From Octopus vulgaris (taxonomy: Eukaryota), in contig OX597818.1 in the NCBI GenBank assembly GCA_951406725.2, positions 31,434,001-31,498,000 on the forward strand: a stretch of 64,000 nucleotides of DNA, given 5' to 3'. Positions within the stretch are counted from its first letter, which is position 1; each line of letters starts with the position of its first letter. Shown here in pieces: positions 1 to 11,841 of this stretch. The translations under genes and the position numbers were made by a program. Under the pieces are notes generated by a model. That model did not search any database. It was not told the DNA's origin and saw only the letters and a list, made by a program, of their open reading frames with translations.

Positions 1-62
1 AAACTAACAGCCTAACAACATTTCATTAATATTCATAATGACCCAAAACTAAATGAAATCTA

Positions 63-225
63 CGTGGGGTGCTGAAAAGTTCCTGGCTTTGGGTAAAAGA
101 AAATACAAGATTTAATTATAATTTTAGTCAACATATTCCCCTCTCAGATTCACAAACTTATTGCCGTGGGCCTTCAGTTTAAAAGAATTTTGAAGTTTGA
201 GCGATACCCCTAAAGCCAGGAACTT
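63..225. mobile_element. Tc1/mariner-type MITE (copy 1)
   Basis: After TA, left TIR GGGGTGCTGAAAAGTTCCTGGCTTT; partial right TIR AAAGCCAGGAACTT (212-225); non-coding; homologous copy at 13459-13650. Confidence 0.65.
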
Positions 226-242
226 ATGTAACAATTCAATCC

Positions 243-635
243 TTACTCTTTAGCTTGCTTCAGTCATTTGACTGCGGCCATGCTGAAGCACCGCTTTTAG
301 TCGAGCAAATCGACCCCAGGACTTATTCTTTGTAAGCCTAGTACTTATTCTATCGGTCTCTTTTGCCGAGCTGCTAAGTTACGGGGACGTAAACACATCA
401 GCATCGGTTGTCAAGCGATGTTGGGGGGACAAACACAGACACACAAACACACACATACACATATATACATATACATATATACGACGGGCTTCTTTCAGTT
501 TCCGTCAACCAAATCCACTCACAAGGCTTTGGTCGGTCCGAGGCTATAGTAGAAGACATTTGCCCAAGGTGCCACGCAGTAGGACTGAACCTGGAACCAT
601 GTGGTTGGTAAGAGCAAGCTACTTACCACGCAGCC
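243..635 (-). mobile_element. tRNA-derived SINE, family A
   Basis: Reverse strand reads GGCTGCGTGGTAAGTAGCTTGC...GGTTCAGTCC (A/B-box-like head), CCTTGGGCAA (CORE-like motif), an internal (TA)/(TG) microsatellite, and the conserved tail CAGCATGGCCGCAGTCAAATGACTGAA. Present in more than 12 copies in this window. Confidence 0.85.
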
Positions 636-739
636 AATCTATGTTCAAAGTATAAGCTTAGTAACCAGATTTCATGAAAAATCACTATAATTTGGAAGAG
701 CTTTACATTGGAAACCGAACACATTAATATCGATATTGT

Positions 740-1090
740 GTATGTGAAAAAATAAAAAAGAAAGGTAATTGATCTCTCTTTGGAAATCGTGGAGAAATCT
801 CTGGTATGAAGTTGGAAAAATATCACCCAACAGATTACGTATTTTATACTTCTTGGACGCTATGTTGTGAGGGCTCTCCCAGAATTTCTGTATATTTTTT
901 GAGTAAATCGAGGGAAAAAATCTATCGAGGTTGTATTCACTTTCTGTATTTTCTTCAAGAAATGTACAGAAAAACAGTAAGGTATGTACTTTGTTTTGTA
1001 GATCTTACCAAAATCTTTGATACAGAATATAGAAATATTTTTTGTAGCGTTTTAGGCAGAAATGGTTGACCTCTCAATTCTACTGTTACA
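740..1090 (+). mobile_element. Degraded RTE-clade LINE reverse transcriptase fragment
   Basis: Translates to KKKGN*SLFGNRGEIS and LQEMYRK...LCFVDLTKIFDTEYRNIFCSVLGRNG*P, matching the RTE RT motifs KKKGxRSDCGNYRGISLL and LQEKCREQ..FVDLTKAFDTV.R..LW..L...GCP; contains stops and frameshifts. Confidence 0.65.
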
Positions 1091-1257
1091 CCAAGTAATG
1101 CGCTTTGTCAATCCAGCTGATGGTATTCGAAATCATTGTTACCCAATACAGCAGTCTCTTAAATCCCAGTCATATAGGATTTCTTAGGTGTCATTGAAGA
1201 TTCATTCCATTACCTCGTTTATCCGATGTTTAGCAACCAAGAAGCAACATCAAACAT

Positions 1258-1260
<3 letters not shown>

Positions 1261-1348
<88 letters not shown>

Positions 1349-1361
1349 AACACACACACAC
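1261..1361. repeat. (CA)n microsatellite
   Basis: Read directly from the sequence. Confidence 0.95.
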
Positions 1362-2469
1362 AAATACAAACACGAGCGCGCGCTTAGAGGGAATTGAATC
1401 TTAAACAGTGCTGTATTCAACTAATGGCGACATCTGTGGATATCGAAAAACATTATAGAAATAAAAAAAATAAGCATATTTAAGAAAGACCATTTTTGTA
1501 TTCAACTATTGCTGACGTCAGTGGATTACAAAACAATAAAAGAATTAAACATATGAATTCTATATTATGACAATTAGAAACATGGAAAAATATAATTTAA
1601 AAAGGCTATTTTCGTATTCAATGATTGGCGACGTCACTGGATAACTAAGGAATAAAAAGTAAACGTAAGAATTCTGCGTTGTGATAATTAGAAACACAAA
1701 GATTTTTACGTGACAACAATTAGTTATCTATTTTTTAAATGTAGTAAGGCTTTTAGACAAATTAACCTCAATATAAATAACATGAAAAGCTATCATATTT
1801 AAGAACTGAAATATCTGAATATCTTTCGATATTTATGGCAAGATCTTATTCTAAAGCTCACATTAAAATTCCATAAGATTCATTCTTCAAGGCAAAAGCC
1901 ATATGTAGAATTACCAAAATTGTACGATGTAGCTCTAGGTAGGTATTTCCTAACTTTAAGAGAATATGGATAATTATTTAATTGCCATAGTAATAAGCTT
2001 TCGTATTCAACCACTAGAAATTTAGCTGAGATTATAACAGCACACAATACACAGCGAATTGGGGAATATCTCAATTTGAAATCTATAAACAAGAGTAGAA
2101 TAGATGATGTGTATTATGAAAGTAACTCTAATGATAATGTTTTTGAACTAGGTTTCGATTCTATAATTAATTCAGAAGAATTATATAGTAACTTTCTTCA
2201 AGAAAATACAGTCAGGTTATCATCCAACTTTAATATTAATTGTAATAATAACAAATTCCACTTTAACGCCTAATTTTGAGAGGAGAATTAGTAAAAAATT
2301 TTTTTAAATATGAACACCAAATACAATGAATAAATGTCTGTGTAATCGTAAAAACAAGATTTTATGCCATTTAGAAAATCAGTGTTGAAGGAAAAATATA
2401 ATCTTTCAGTGTAAGGTAATAACAGTGTAATTATTATTACATTGGTTCACCTGGTATATGCTATTTTTA

Positions 2470-2556
<87 letters not shown>

Positions 2557-2749
2557 GTGTGAATGCAATAGAAACGATTCTGCTTTATGGGGTAAGATCT
2601 ATAACAAAGATGTAATTTTTTTCTATATGTCAAATACTCTGAATTTCTCGAAATTCTGGCATAGGATATTTGTATCTACTTGTCATGCATAAGATCTGTA
2701 TTCTACTTACGTTTACTGATGTCTTAATGTTGAATATTGATGACCTCTA

Positions 2750-3066
2750 GGAGCACTCCGTCGGTTACGACGACGAGGGTCCCAGCTGATATACGATCAA
2801 CAGAACAGCCTGCTCGTAAAATTAACGTGCAAGTGGCTGAGCACTCCACAGACACGTGTACCCAACGTAGTTCTCAGGAGATTCAGCGTGACACACAGTG
2901 TGACAAGGCCGGCCCTTTGAAATACAGGTACAACTCATTTTTGCCAGCTGGTGGACTGGAGCAACATGAAATAAAGTGTCTTGCTCAAGGACACAACGCA
3001 TCGCTTGGAATCGAACTCACGACCTTGTACGTGCCGAATGCCCTAACCACTAAGCCACGCGCCTCA
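2750..3066 (-). mobile_element. tRNA-derived CORE-like SINE, family C
   Basis: Reverse strand has GGCGCGTGGCTTAGTGGTTAGGG (A box), GAGTTCGATTCC (B box) and the GTGTCCTTGAGCAAGACACTTTA core. Full copy at 27862-28184, fragment near 11873-11995. Confidence 0.8.
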
Positions 3067-3134
3067 CATATTGATGACAGATTATTTTAATACAGTATAT
3101 TGTTGATATATGCCAGGATTTTTAATCGCTTATT

Positions 3135-3170
<36 letters not shown>

Positions 3171-3178
<8 letters not shown>

Positions 3179-3480
3179 ATCACGTGACCGACCAGACCAT
3201 CAGATGTTGTTACACATCGCTAGTCACAATGCGTTCGCATAGTTTTAGCCTTCGAATGACGCCACCCCGCTGGCTAAGCGAGCAGGCCAACAGAAGAAAG
3301 AGTGGGCGAAAGAGTGGTGAAGGAGTACAGCAGGGATCACCCCGCCCCCTGCCAGAGCCTCGTGGAGCTTTTAGGTGTTTTCGAGTCAATAAACTCTCAC
3401 AACGCCCGGCCTGGGAATCGAAACCGCGATCCTACGACCGCGAGTCCGCTGCCCTAACCACTGGGCCATTGCGCCTCCAC
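3171..3480 (-). mobile_element. tRNA-derived SINE, family E (tail type 1)
   Basis: Reverse strand has the tRNA-like head GTGGAGGCGCAATGGCCCAGTGGTTAGGGCAGCGGACTCGCGGTCG...GGTTTCGATTCCC; head and body are homologous to 59128-59431. Confidence 0.8.
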
Positions 3481-3481
3481 A

Positions 3482-3567
<86 letters not shown>

Positions 3568-4582
3568 TATATATATATATATATATACTAGGAAACGCAC
3601 TCTTCGTTTGGACATTTTAAGTTGCTTTGGTGGTATTTTTTCATCAAACAATTGACCTTAACGGGAAGGGTTATGAGTAGCACGGCAATCTATGTTTCTG
3701 ATTAATCTAGGTCCAGAAAACCAAATTGAAGGCTGGTTATTGTGGAGATCATTGCACTTTGACGATCATAGAACGTATAAGTTTGCAAGCGATGCAAAGC
3801 AGAACTACTGAAGTGTTTTGAGAGTAGATTACAGACAATAACTACAAAATATAGTGGTTTTCATGAAAGCGAAATTTCTTGTCAGAAACAGTCATATAAA
3901 TTGGTGTTAAGAAATTGAAAGAAGACGTTGAAACTTCCCCTCTGCGAGTTTATTATATTCAACTGCAAAGGGAGCTACTTTTTCGGAGAGCAGTATGATT
4001 GGTACGTGTAAAATATCTACTTGAAAAAGTAGAGTTTAAGGAATGTATTTGCCACATGCTTATAGTGTACGACCACTCTGAAATTGACTTCAGGTAACGA
4101 AAAAGGAAGACACGAAGAGTTTGACCTCAGTCCATGAATACTGTTTTGAATCTTTAGCAGTTCGCAGTGAAAAGATGTCGCGCTCGAAATATCATAATGG
4201 ATGGGTAAATAAATATCTTTAAAGTGAAACAACGCATTTGTAGTTAAACAAATGTATCAATAAATAGAAGAGAGGGAAGGGAACATCACCTTTCAAATAA
4301 CTCATAATAGGTAAAGGTAAGCTTGCCAAAGTTTAATGCAGTTTAAATATGAAGATTAATATTGTTTGGTATTGGGTATTCATCGTGAACAGTGTTCCTA
4401 GTCAATTTAATCACAGTCGCAGGTGGACAGTCGAAATAAATAGACAAATCCTTTCACTTTTATAATATTCTATAACCAAGTAATAACACACAATTACAAC
4501 ATATAGATGAATAATAAATCAAGAAAATGTGAAAACCACTAAAAATTTTCTCTATCATGCCAATATACGACCATATAGATTA

Positions 4583-4654
4583 AAAAGTATGGAAGACCCC
4601 ACTTACAAAAAACTATGTAAAAGTATGGAAGACCCCACTTACAAAAAACTATGT
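4583..4654. repeat. Perfect 2 x 36-bp tandem duplication
   Basis: AAAAGTATGGAAGACCCCACTTACAAAAAACTATGT at 4583-4618 and 4619-4654. Confidence 0.9.
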
Positions 4655-4922
4655 ACATACAACGAATTAGAGAAAAAACCCATGTGAACCACCGTTTTCC
4701 CCGATTTGTTTATTTACGTGGGAGCTATAGAGCATGACTAACTATCCTTGGGGCATCAGTAATGCGTGAGTAAATTTTGGTGAACATCGTTAGAGAATTG
4801 GGGAAATGTATGCGTTAGTCAATATAAACACACATACTGTGATTTATATATACTAGGTATGTGTGTGTTGCGTATATACATATATATATATACACATATA
4901 TGTACGTGCATATATATATAAG

Positions 4923-4965
<43 letters not shown>

Positions 4966-5299
4966 TTACATGTACACACACATATATATATACATACACT
5001 AATAGATGCACACACACACACATATATATATATTTGGATATGTTACGTCATAACAACTTTGTCAAAGAATTAATGATGTTATTTATTTTGCTGAATTTAA
5101 TTATGAAGTTTACAATTAATGATAGCTGCCAAAAGTGTATATTACTGATTGTAAATGACTTTGGAAAGGATTGAAGTTTTCTTCGTTAGATTAGAGCATT
5201 CATAATTCCCCTAAAAACGAACGTAAACAATGTGGAAGGATCCAGGCAGCTTCAGGTAGACAGTTTAATTACAATTTAGCATAAGGTTAAGTTAGACAA

Positions 5300-6040
5300 T
5301 TGGTGATGAAAGGTTGACAAGAAAGGCAAACTTTCTATCTCATTCGAACTTATTCTGATCTACGGTCATATGTTGTGTAATGACCGAAAGAGTGCGATCA
5401 CGAATACAAACGACCGCAATGGTGTTCCTCCGAAAGTTCTCTAAAGTAACGCTACTCAACAGGGTGCGTAGTTCGCAAATTAAATAGTTTTTTTTTTTCA
5501 GGTCGAGTCACTACCTCTCCATACTAAAAGGTCACAGCTTTTGTACGACAGACCTGTGATTACAAGGTCGCAAGGAAGAATCGCAGGAGATGATTCTTTA
5601 AGCCGTACTAACCTATTTCTTTATTACCCACAAGGGGCTAAACATAGAGGGGACAAACAAGGACAGGCATAGGTATTATGTCGATTACATCGACCCCAGT
5701 GCGTAACTGGTACTTAATTTATCGACCCCGAAAGGATGAAAGGCAAAGTCGACCTCGGCGGAATTTGAACTCACAACGTAACGGCAGACGAAGTACCGCA
5801 AAGCATTTCGCCCGGTGTGCTAACGCTTCTGCTAGCTCGCCGCCTATTTTAAGCCGTACTAACCACCTGGAGACCGAGCAGTGCACAAAGAACAAGACGA
5901 CTTGATAATATCCGTAGTCCCTCAGTTAGTCGCGTACGGGAATCTATGCGAAAAGTTGCTTCTAATAGGACTATGTAGGAGGTACCTGAGAATTCTGTCC
6001 CCATGACTCACCCAGGAATAGTGGGCGGAGAAAATGGATA
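5300..6040 (+). mobile_element. Degraded 3' end of an RTE-clade LINE (Expander/Rex3-like), interrupted by a SINE
   Basis: Frameshifted translation KAKL...YGH..VMTERVRSRIQ....MVFLRK...TLLNRVRSSQI....QVESL.LH.KRSQL, then PR...RTRRLDNI after the SINE; ends in GAAAATGGA, as expected for an (ATGG)n-type tail. Confidence 0.7.
5614..5844 (-). mobile_element. SINE family B (Nin/Deu-domain-like), tail B1, with 17-bp TSD
   Basis: Reverse strand contains GAGTTCAAATTCCGCCGAGGTCGACTTTGCCTTTCATCCTTTCGGGGTCGATAAATTAAGTACCAG; TSD TTTAAGCCGTACTAACC at 5597-5613 and 5848-5864. Confidence 0.85.
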
Positions 6041-6258
6041 CTCTTTTACTCTTTTACTCTGTACTTGTTTCAGTCATTTGACTGCGGCCATGCTGGAGCA
6101 CCGCCTTTAGTCGAGCAACTCGACCCCAGGACTTATTTTTTTGTAAGCCCAGTACTTATTCTATCGGTCTCTTTTTGCCGAACCGCTAAGTGACGGGGAC
6201 GTAAACACACCAGCATCGGTTGTCAAGCAATGCTAGGGGAACAAACACAGACACACAA

Positions 6259-6311
<53 letters not shown>

Positions 6312-6476
6312 CGACAGGCTTCTTTCAGTTTCCGTCTACCAAATCCACTCACAAGGCATTGGTCGGCCCGGGGCTATAGCAGAAGACACTTTGCCCAAGA
6401 TGCCACGCAGTGGGACTGAACCCGGAACCATGTGGTTGGTTAGCAAGCTACTTACCACACAGCCACTCCTGCGCCT
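6041..6476 (-). mobile_element. SINE family A, full length
   Basis: Full head-to-tail match to the other family A copies; short TSD ATGGATA (6034-6040 and 6477-6483). Confidence 0.85.
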
Positions 6477-6960
6477 ATGGATAGAATTTTCTTATATGTT
6501 TTATAAATTTGCGTTTTTTAAGCTTCCTCACTAATATAATGCCTTCTCGCAGTTGATGCGGTAATCGATCAACAAATAAGCTGTTATCTATGCAATGGAG
6601 TTTCTAAATTCTTTGGAACGTTGTTTCCTCACCAAGTACGGCCTAAATCCAGAGTTCCCATAAAGTTTTATTGAAATTTACTTCAGCTTAAGTTGTACAT
6701 TAATACCAGTTTAATGAACAATGGTACTGAATTACAAATTCACCTGGTTGTCATTAGGCAGAAGTTAATTTTATATGTATGACACCTCTAATATTCAGTA
6801 AAATTGTTTTGTAATGTCAGTCAACAAACCATAGAGTCAAGTACTGAAGATTTTCGGCTTACAAGACAGTTAACTGTATGTGGGTTGCTCAGGGTAAGAA
6901 CAGCTAACAATATTCATGTATAATCTCCTTAGAAAAAAATCTTGTAAATTTGTATATAAC

Positions 6961-7517
6961 GATGTATTATTTAGTAGTTATCGCCAAGCTAACATGGCAG
7001 TCCAGATAAATAGTACGAATTCTGCTGTTGATTAGCTCCAAGAGGCTATCGCCTCTAGTTAGCTATGTGACACACAAACCTGTCGATAACTATTAATACC
7101 CAGTACCGCTGCCGTAGTCTTCTTTAGAGAGAATTAGAAATAATGATATTTCTATTTTTGAAAACCGGTGGATGTATTCCACTGAATTTAGGTAAATAAT
7201 CCTTCGAACAGTCGGTCAGCAGCGACGCCTGCTGGGTTCGGCTACTCCACATTGATAAGAGGCAAACACCTCGAAACTAGTCTGTGGATGCCAGACCAGC
7301 AAGGGGAAGCTGCTGACGTCCCCTGTTCGAAGGTTATAATGGACACAGGTTTGTGTGTCACATAGCAAGCTAGAGGCGATGGCCTCTTGGAGCTAATCAA
7401 CGGCAGCATTCGTCCTATTTATCTGGACTGCCATGTAAGCTTGGCGATAACTATTAATATCCAGTACCGCTGCCAGAGTCTCCTTTAGAGAGAATTAGAA
7501 ATAATGATGTATTATTT
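6961..7517 (+). mobile_element. Non-autonomous foldback element (PLE pLTR-like) with central hammerhead
   Basis: About 109-bp inverted repeats 6975-7083/7345-7453; 64-bp direct repeats 7084-7147/7445-7508; 12-bp flanking duplication GATGTATTATTT (6961-6972/7506-7517); HHR at 7246-7288. Confidence 0.7.
7246..7288 (+). ncRNA. Minimal type I hammerhead ribozyme, U3-A8 variant
   Basis: TCCACA-TTGATAA-GAGG(CAAACA)CCTC-GAAA-CTAG-TC-TGTGGA: 6-bp stem I, 4-bp stem II, palindromic stem III, GUC triplet. Confidence 0.75.
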
Positions 7518-7919
7518 CTAATTACAAATGGATCTTTGTTTGATTAAATAAATGTCTGTTAATTTCGCTGTTCCAAGATTTTGCTCTATTTACTGAACAA
7601 TTACTGAATAAATTATTTTAACATTTCAGTTTGTTGATTTAATTTTTTTCACTCCCGTAGTGCTGGTTAACTCAGCTGGCAAAGATAAAAGATAATGGTA
7701 GCTATAACAGGTGAGGTCTAGAAGAGACCATAACAGCTTCAAAATTTAAGAACAAAAGTAAACATACAACTAACAAGTTAAAGAAAAATAAACCCAAATA
7801 TGTTCATATATACATACACCCAGTTCCCATTCATCTACATATTTACATACAGGAGTATAGGAATGAAAGAAATAAAGACTGTTTAATAAAAGATAAAGAA
7901 TCAGGAAATGAAATAAAAC

Positions 7920-7959
<40 letters not shown>

Positions 7960-8057
7960 ATCCAAACATGAAAACACAAAGAGAAAACACAACAACGCGA
8001 GAACGTGGAACAAGTATAGTGTTATTGGATGCCCAGGAAAGAAAGAAAGAAGGAGGA

Positions 8058-8090
8058 TTTAACGTTTCGAGCGGAGCTCTTCGTCAGAAA
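8058..8090 (-). ncRNA. Minimal type I hammerhead motif inside a non-autonomous element (about 7955-8163)
   Basis: Reverse strand TTT-CTGACGA-A-GAGC(TCC)GCTC-GAAA-CG-TT-AAA; the element's 3' end abuts (TA)n. Confidence 0.65.
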
Positions 8091-8164
8091 CATAGGAAAA
8101 GGAAAGTGCGAAGGAAGGGAAGACGGAGGAAAAAAATCGCCAACGGTACACACGCGATCACATT

Positions 8165-8527
8165 ATCGTGCAGTATATTTGCCACTTAAATGTGACTGAC
8201 CCATATGGGACGATGCTACTGTACTTTATAGCCCGAGGAAGACATCTCCTCCAGCTGGCTAACGACACACTGTCAGTGCACGATCAGTATTTGCGAAGGG
8301 ACATCATCGTTTCCATCTCTAGCCTGACGTGATACACACGAACCCGGATTTCTGGGTAGCAATCCGTCATCAGCGTGTGACAATCACCGCTCGGGATGAG
8401 AACTGATTCCGAACGCAAAATATTATATGCTTTTTCCAGTGACAAACCCTCTTCCTGGGGCTATAAACTACAGTAACATCGTCCCATATGAGTCGGCCAC
8501 ATTTAGGTGGCAAATATACTTCACGAT
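8165..8527 (-). mobile_element. Foldback element with central hammerhead
   Basis: About 78-bp imperfect inverted repeats 8165-8242/8450-8527 enclose a minus-strand HHR at 8335-8379: CACACG-CTGATGA-CGGATTGCTACCCA-GAAA-TCCGGG-TT-CGTGTG (stem II partly mismatched). Confidence 0.65.
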
Positions 8528-8627
8528 GTCGTGCTGCAACTGTTTACATCTCGCTCAGAGATTTATTATTGCTTATATATATATATATATTAGAAGGTTT
8601 GGAGACGATGCACAGGTATTTTATAGG

Positions 8628-8717
<90 letters not shown>

Positions 8718-8733
8718 GTATATTAATATTTTA

Positions 8734-9113
8734 AGGCGTAAGGGTGGCTGCGTGGTAACAAGCTTCCTTCCGAACCACATGGTTCCGGGTTCAGTTCCAC
8801 TGCGTGACCTCTTGGGTAAGTGTCCTCTACTATAGCCTTGGGCCGACCAGAGACTTGTGGATGGATTTGGTTGACGGAAACTGAAAGAAGCCCATCGTGT
8901 ATACATATATGTATATATATATATTTATGTGTGTGTGTGCCTTTGTGTCTCTGTTTGTCCGCCCACCATCGCTTGACAACCGATGTTGGCGTGTTTATGT
9001 CCCCGAAACATAGCGGTTCGACTAAAGACACCGAAAGAATAAGTACTGGGCTTACAAAGAATAAGTCGTGGAGTCGCAGTCAAATGATTGAAATATGTAA
9101 AAGAGTAAAAGTG
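8734..9113 (+). mobile_element. SINE family A
   Basis: GGCGTAAGGGTGGCTGCGTGGTAAC...GGTTCAGTTCC head, internal microsatellite, partly deleted tail. Confidence 0.8.
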
Positions 9114-9120
9114 TAAAATA

Positions 9121-9183
<63 letters not shown>

Positions 9184-9335
9184 TATGTGTATATATATAT
9201 ATACTGTTGTGTCTGTGGAGAGTTATTCACTTTCAGTGCCTTATAATTTAACACACTCACCGGTAAAATTTCTAATTTCCTTTTTTATTTTTCTAAAATT
9301 TTCGTTGGGTCTTGTAAACTTTTCAATAGTTTTCA

Positions 9336-9798
9336 TTCTGTCCGTTGAAACCCATAGCTTCAAAATATGTTTTACACAAGAACTCAGCTTTGTCACACAA
9401 CTTGAAAATTAATGTAATGATGGCAGACTTAGTTAGGATAATGAACAACGTGTTCCCGCTATGCGAACCCCATCATACGAAAAAACATATACAGAACTTC
9501 ATGCATTGCATGCAATTCTCTGGATATGATCAGAAAGATAGGGTTCGAGTGTACAGGGGTGCTAGAAAGAAATTAGACAACATTATGCGTAATGATACCA
9601 GTGGTACCTGCCCAAGATATAGAAACAAAGACTGGAATAGGATACAAAGAACTTCTGACAAAGCAAACAGGGCGAACACGTGGTATAAAACCGACAAATA
9701 TCAAGGAGTGATGCTTGTAGAGGCCACAGCCCATGGAGAACTAGCCCGTAGATTTAGAAAATCTCTGAAGGAGACCAAATTTAGCATTAAAATTGTCT
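9336..9798 (+). mobile_element. Penelope-like element RT thumb/linker fragment
   Basis: Stop-free reading KPIASKYVLHKNSALS...DLVRIMNN...FMHCMQFSGY...CPRYRNKDW...WYK...VMLVEATAHGELARR...IKIV, resembling the PLE post-RT region; truncated at both ends. Confidence 0.65.
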
Positions 9799-10173
9799 TC
9801 ACGCACGCTTGCATTCTATAAACTGTTCGGCAGTTACAAGTAGTGTTTAGTAGATTGTGTTCAAAGTGTTGGTACAATTTGCAATGAAATGTTGGAAGAG
9901 CATTTTATAAGATGTCTAGTAATGATATGCTAACATTGCAATAATCTGCGATAGTTATAACGGCTTCTCCTAATAAAGTCTCGAACCTAATGGAATGTAC
10001 CTTGTATATGTATGGACGTATGTACATGCTCATGAGTAAAAAATATAAATATCATGTACAGTCGAAACGCGCGTATCTAAAGAATACATATAATACAAAA
10101 AACCCCATTCTTGGAACTTATATATAATACTAAAAATCCCATTCTTGGACCATATATATATAAATACGCACGC

Positions 10174-10207
<34 letters not shown>

Positions 10208-10406
10208 GTATGTATTTGTGTATGTATATATGTGTGAGTGTGTATTCATGTACACATACGCAGAAACATTTATGTATATATGTAAGTTTATATATATGCA
10301 TGTATGTATATATGCATATATCTATATCTATATCTATACATATATGTATGTAAGTATGTATGTATGTATGTATGTATGTATGTATGTATGTATGTATGTA
10401 TGTATG

Positions 10407-10473
<67 letters not shown>

Positions 10474-10943
10474 AAAGTGAACATGTACATGCATGTATAT
10501 ATTCTATATACATATAAGCCTGTATGAGTTATGGGCTTGATGGCATTGAACTTTGCAGCTGTAGGCAATCATTCAAGAAGTGCGAGAAATAGTAGCTAAA
10601 GGATAATGTTTAACACATTTGTAGATATTCACAGACACAAAGATTGGATTTCAGCAAGTAAGAAATTAAGCTTTTTCTTCGGGAACATTTCTGAACAAAA
10701 CGTTAGGTAATCGTACGTCTTGTGAATTATGTGTGCGATCAGTAGCATGCATTTACATATGCAATCGTGTGAGCTTTTGGACGAGGGGCATGTTATATAT
10801 ATATAAGTATTTCGACATGTGCATATATGTGTGTGTGTATATAAGTATTTCGACATATGCATATATGTGTGTGTGTTTGTAAAATACACACACACACACA
10901 CATACACACACAAACATATATATATGCATATATACATATACAT

Positions 10944-11187
10944 CAATGGTTCCTAAAGTGGGTGGTACTGCCGCCTTAGGGGTGATGAAACGATCCTGGG
11001 GGTGACAATGGGTCAATAGATATAACCCCCGCCCCGCAAAAAGTAATTGGCTAATTAGGGTAAGTTTTATTTGTAAAATATAGTTGTTTTAAATTTGCTA
11101 TAGAAAGTGATCTACGTTTGTGGCTGGGGCTGCGCTAGAATCTAGGGTAAATTTCAAGGGGGAGGCAGCCTGAGAAAGTTTGGGGAC
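10944..11187. mobile_element. hAT (Charlie/MER5-like) MITE
   Basis: Left end CAATGGTTCCTAAAGT and right end AGTTTGGGGAC (truncated by (CATA)n) resemble the CAGTGGTTCCCAAACT TIR type; non-coding. Confidence 0.5.
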
Positions 11188-11188
11188 A

Positions 11189-11841
<653 letters not shown>

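Noticed and set aside
1750-2450. AT-rich, coding-looking stretch (ORF 2076-2273)
   Set aside because: It has multiple stops and no motif I can recognise; a tBLASTx search would be needed.
3400-3480. tRNA-like sequences here and at 59128-59205, about 2995-3066 and about 23170-23240
   Set aside because: They are SINE heads followed by repeat bodies, tails and in some cases TSDs, with no complete cloverleaf, so I did not call tRNA genes.
3600-4250. Possible old Tc1/mariner remnant
   Set aside because: Only a vague HTH-like resemblance; no catalytic motif or TIR identified.
4583-4654. 36-bp repeat of CRISPR-like length
   Set aside because: Only two adjacent copies with no spacer, in a eukaryotic context without cas genes.
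10015-10078. GTC-GAAA-CGCGCG-TA after a TGTACATG/CATGTACA hairpin
   Set aside because: It looks like an HHR 3' half, but there is no CUGANGA strand or stem I.
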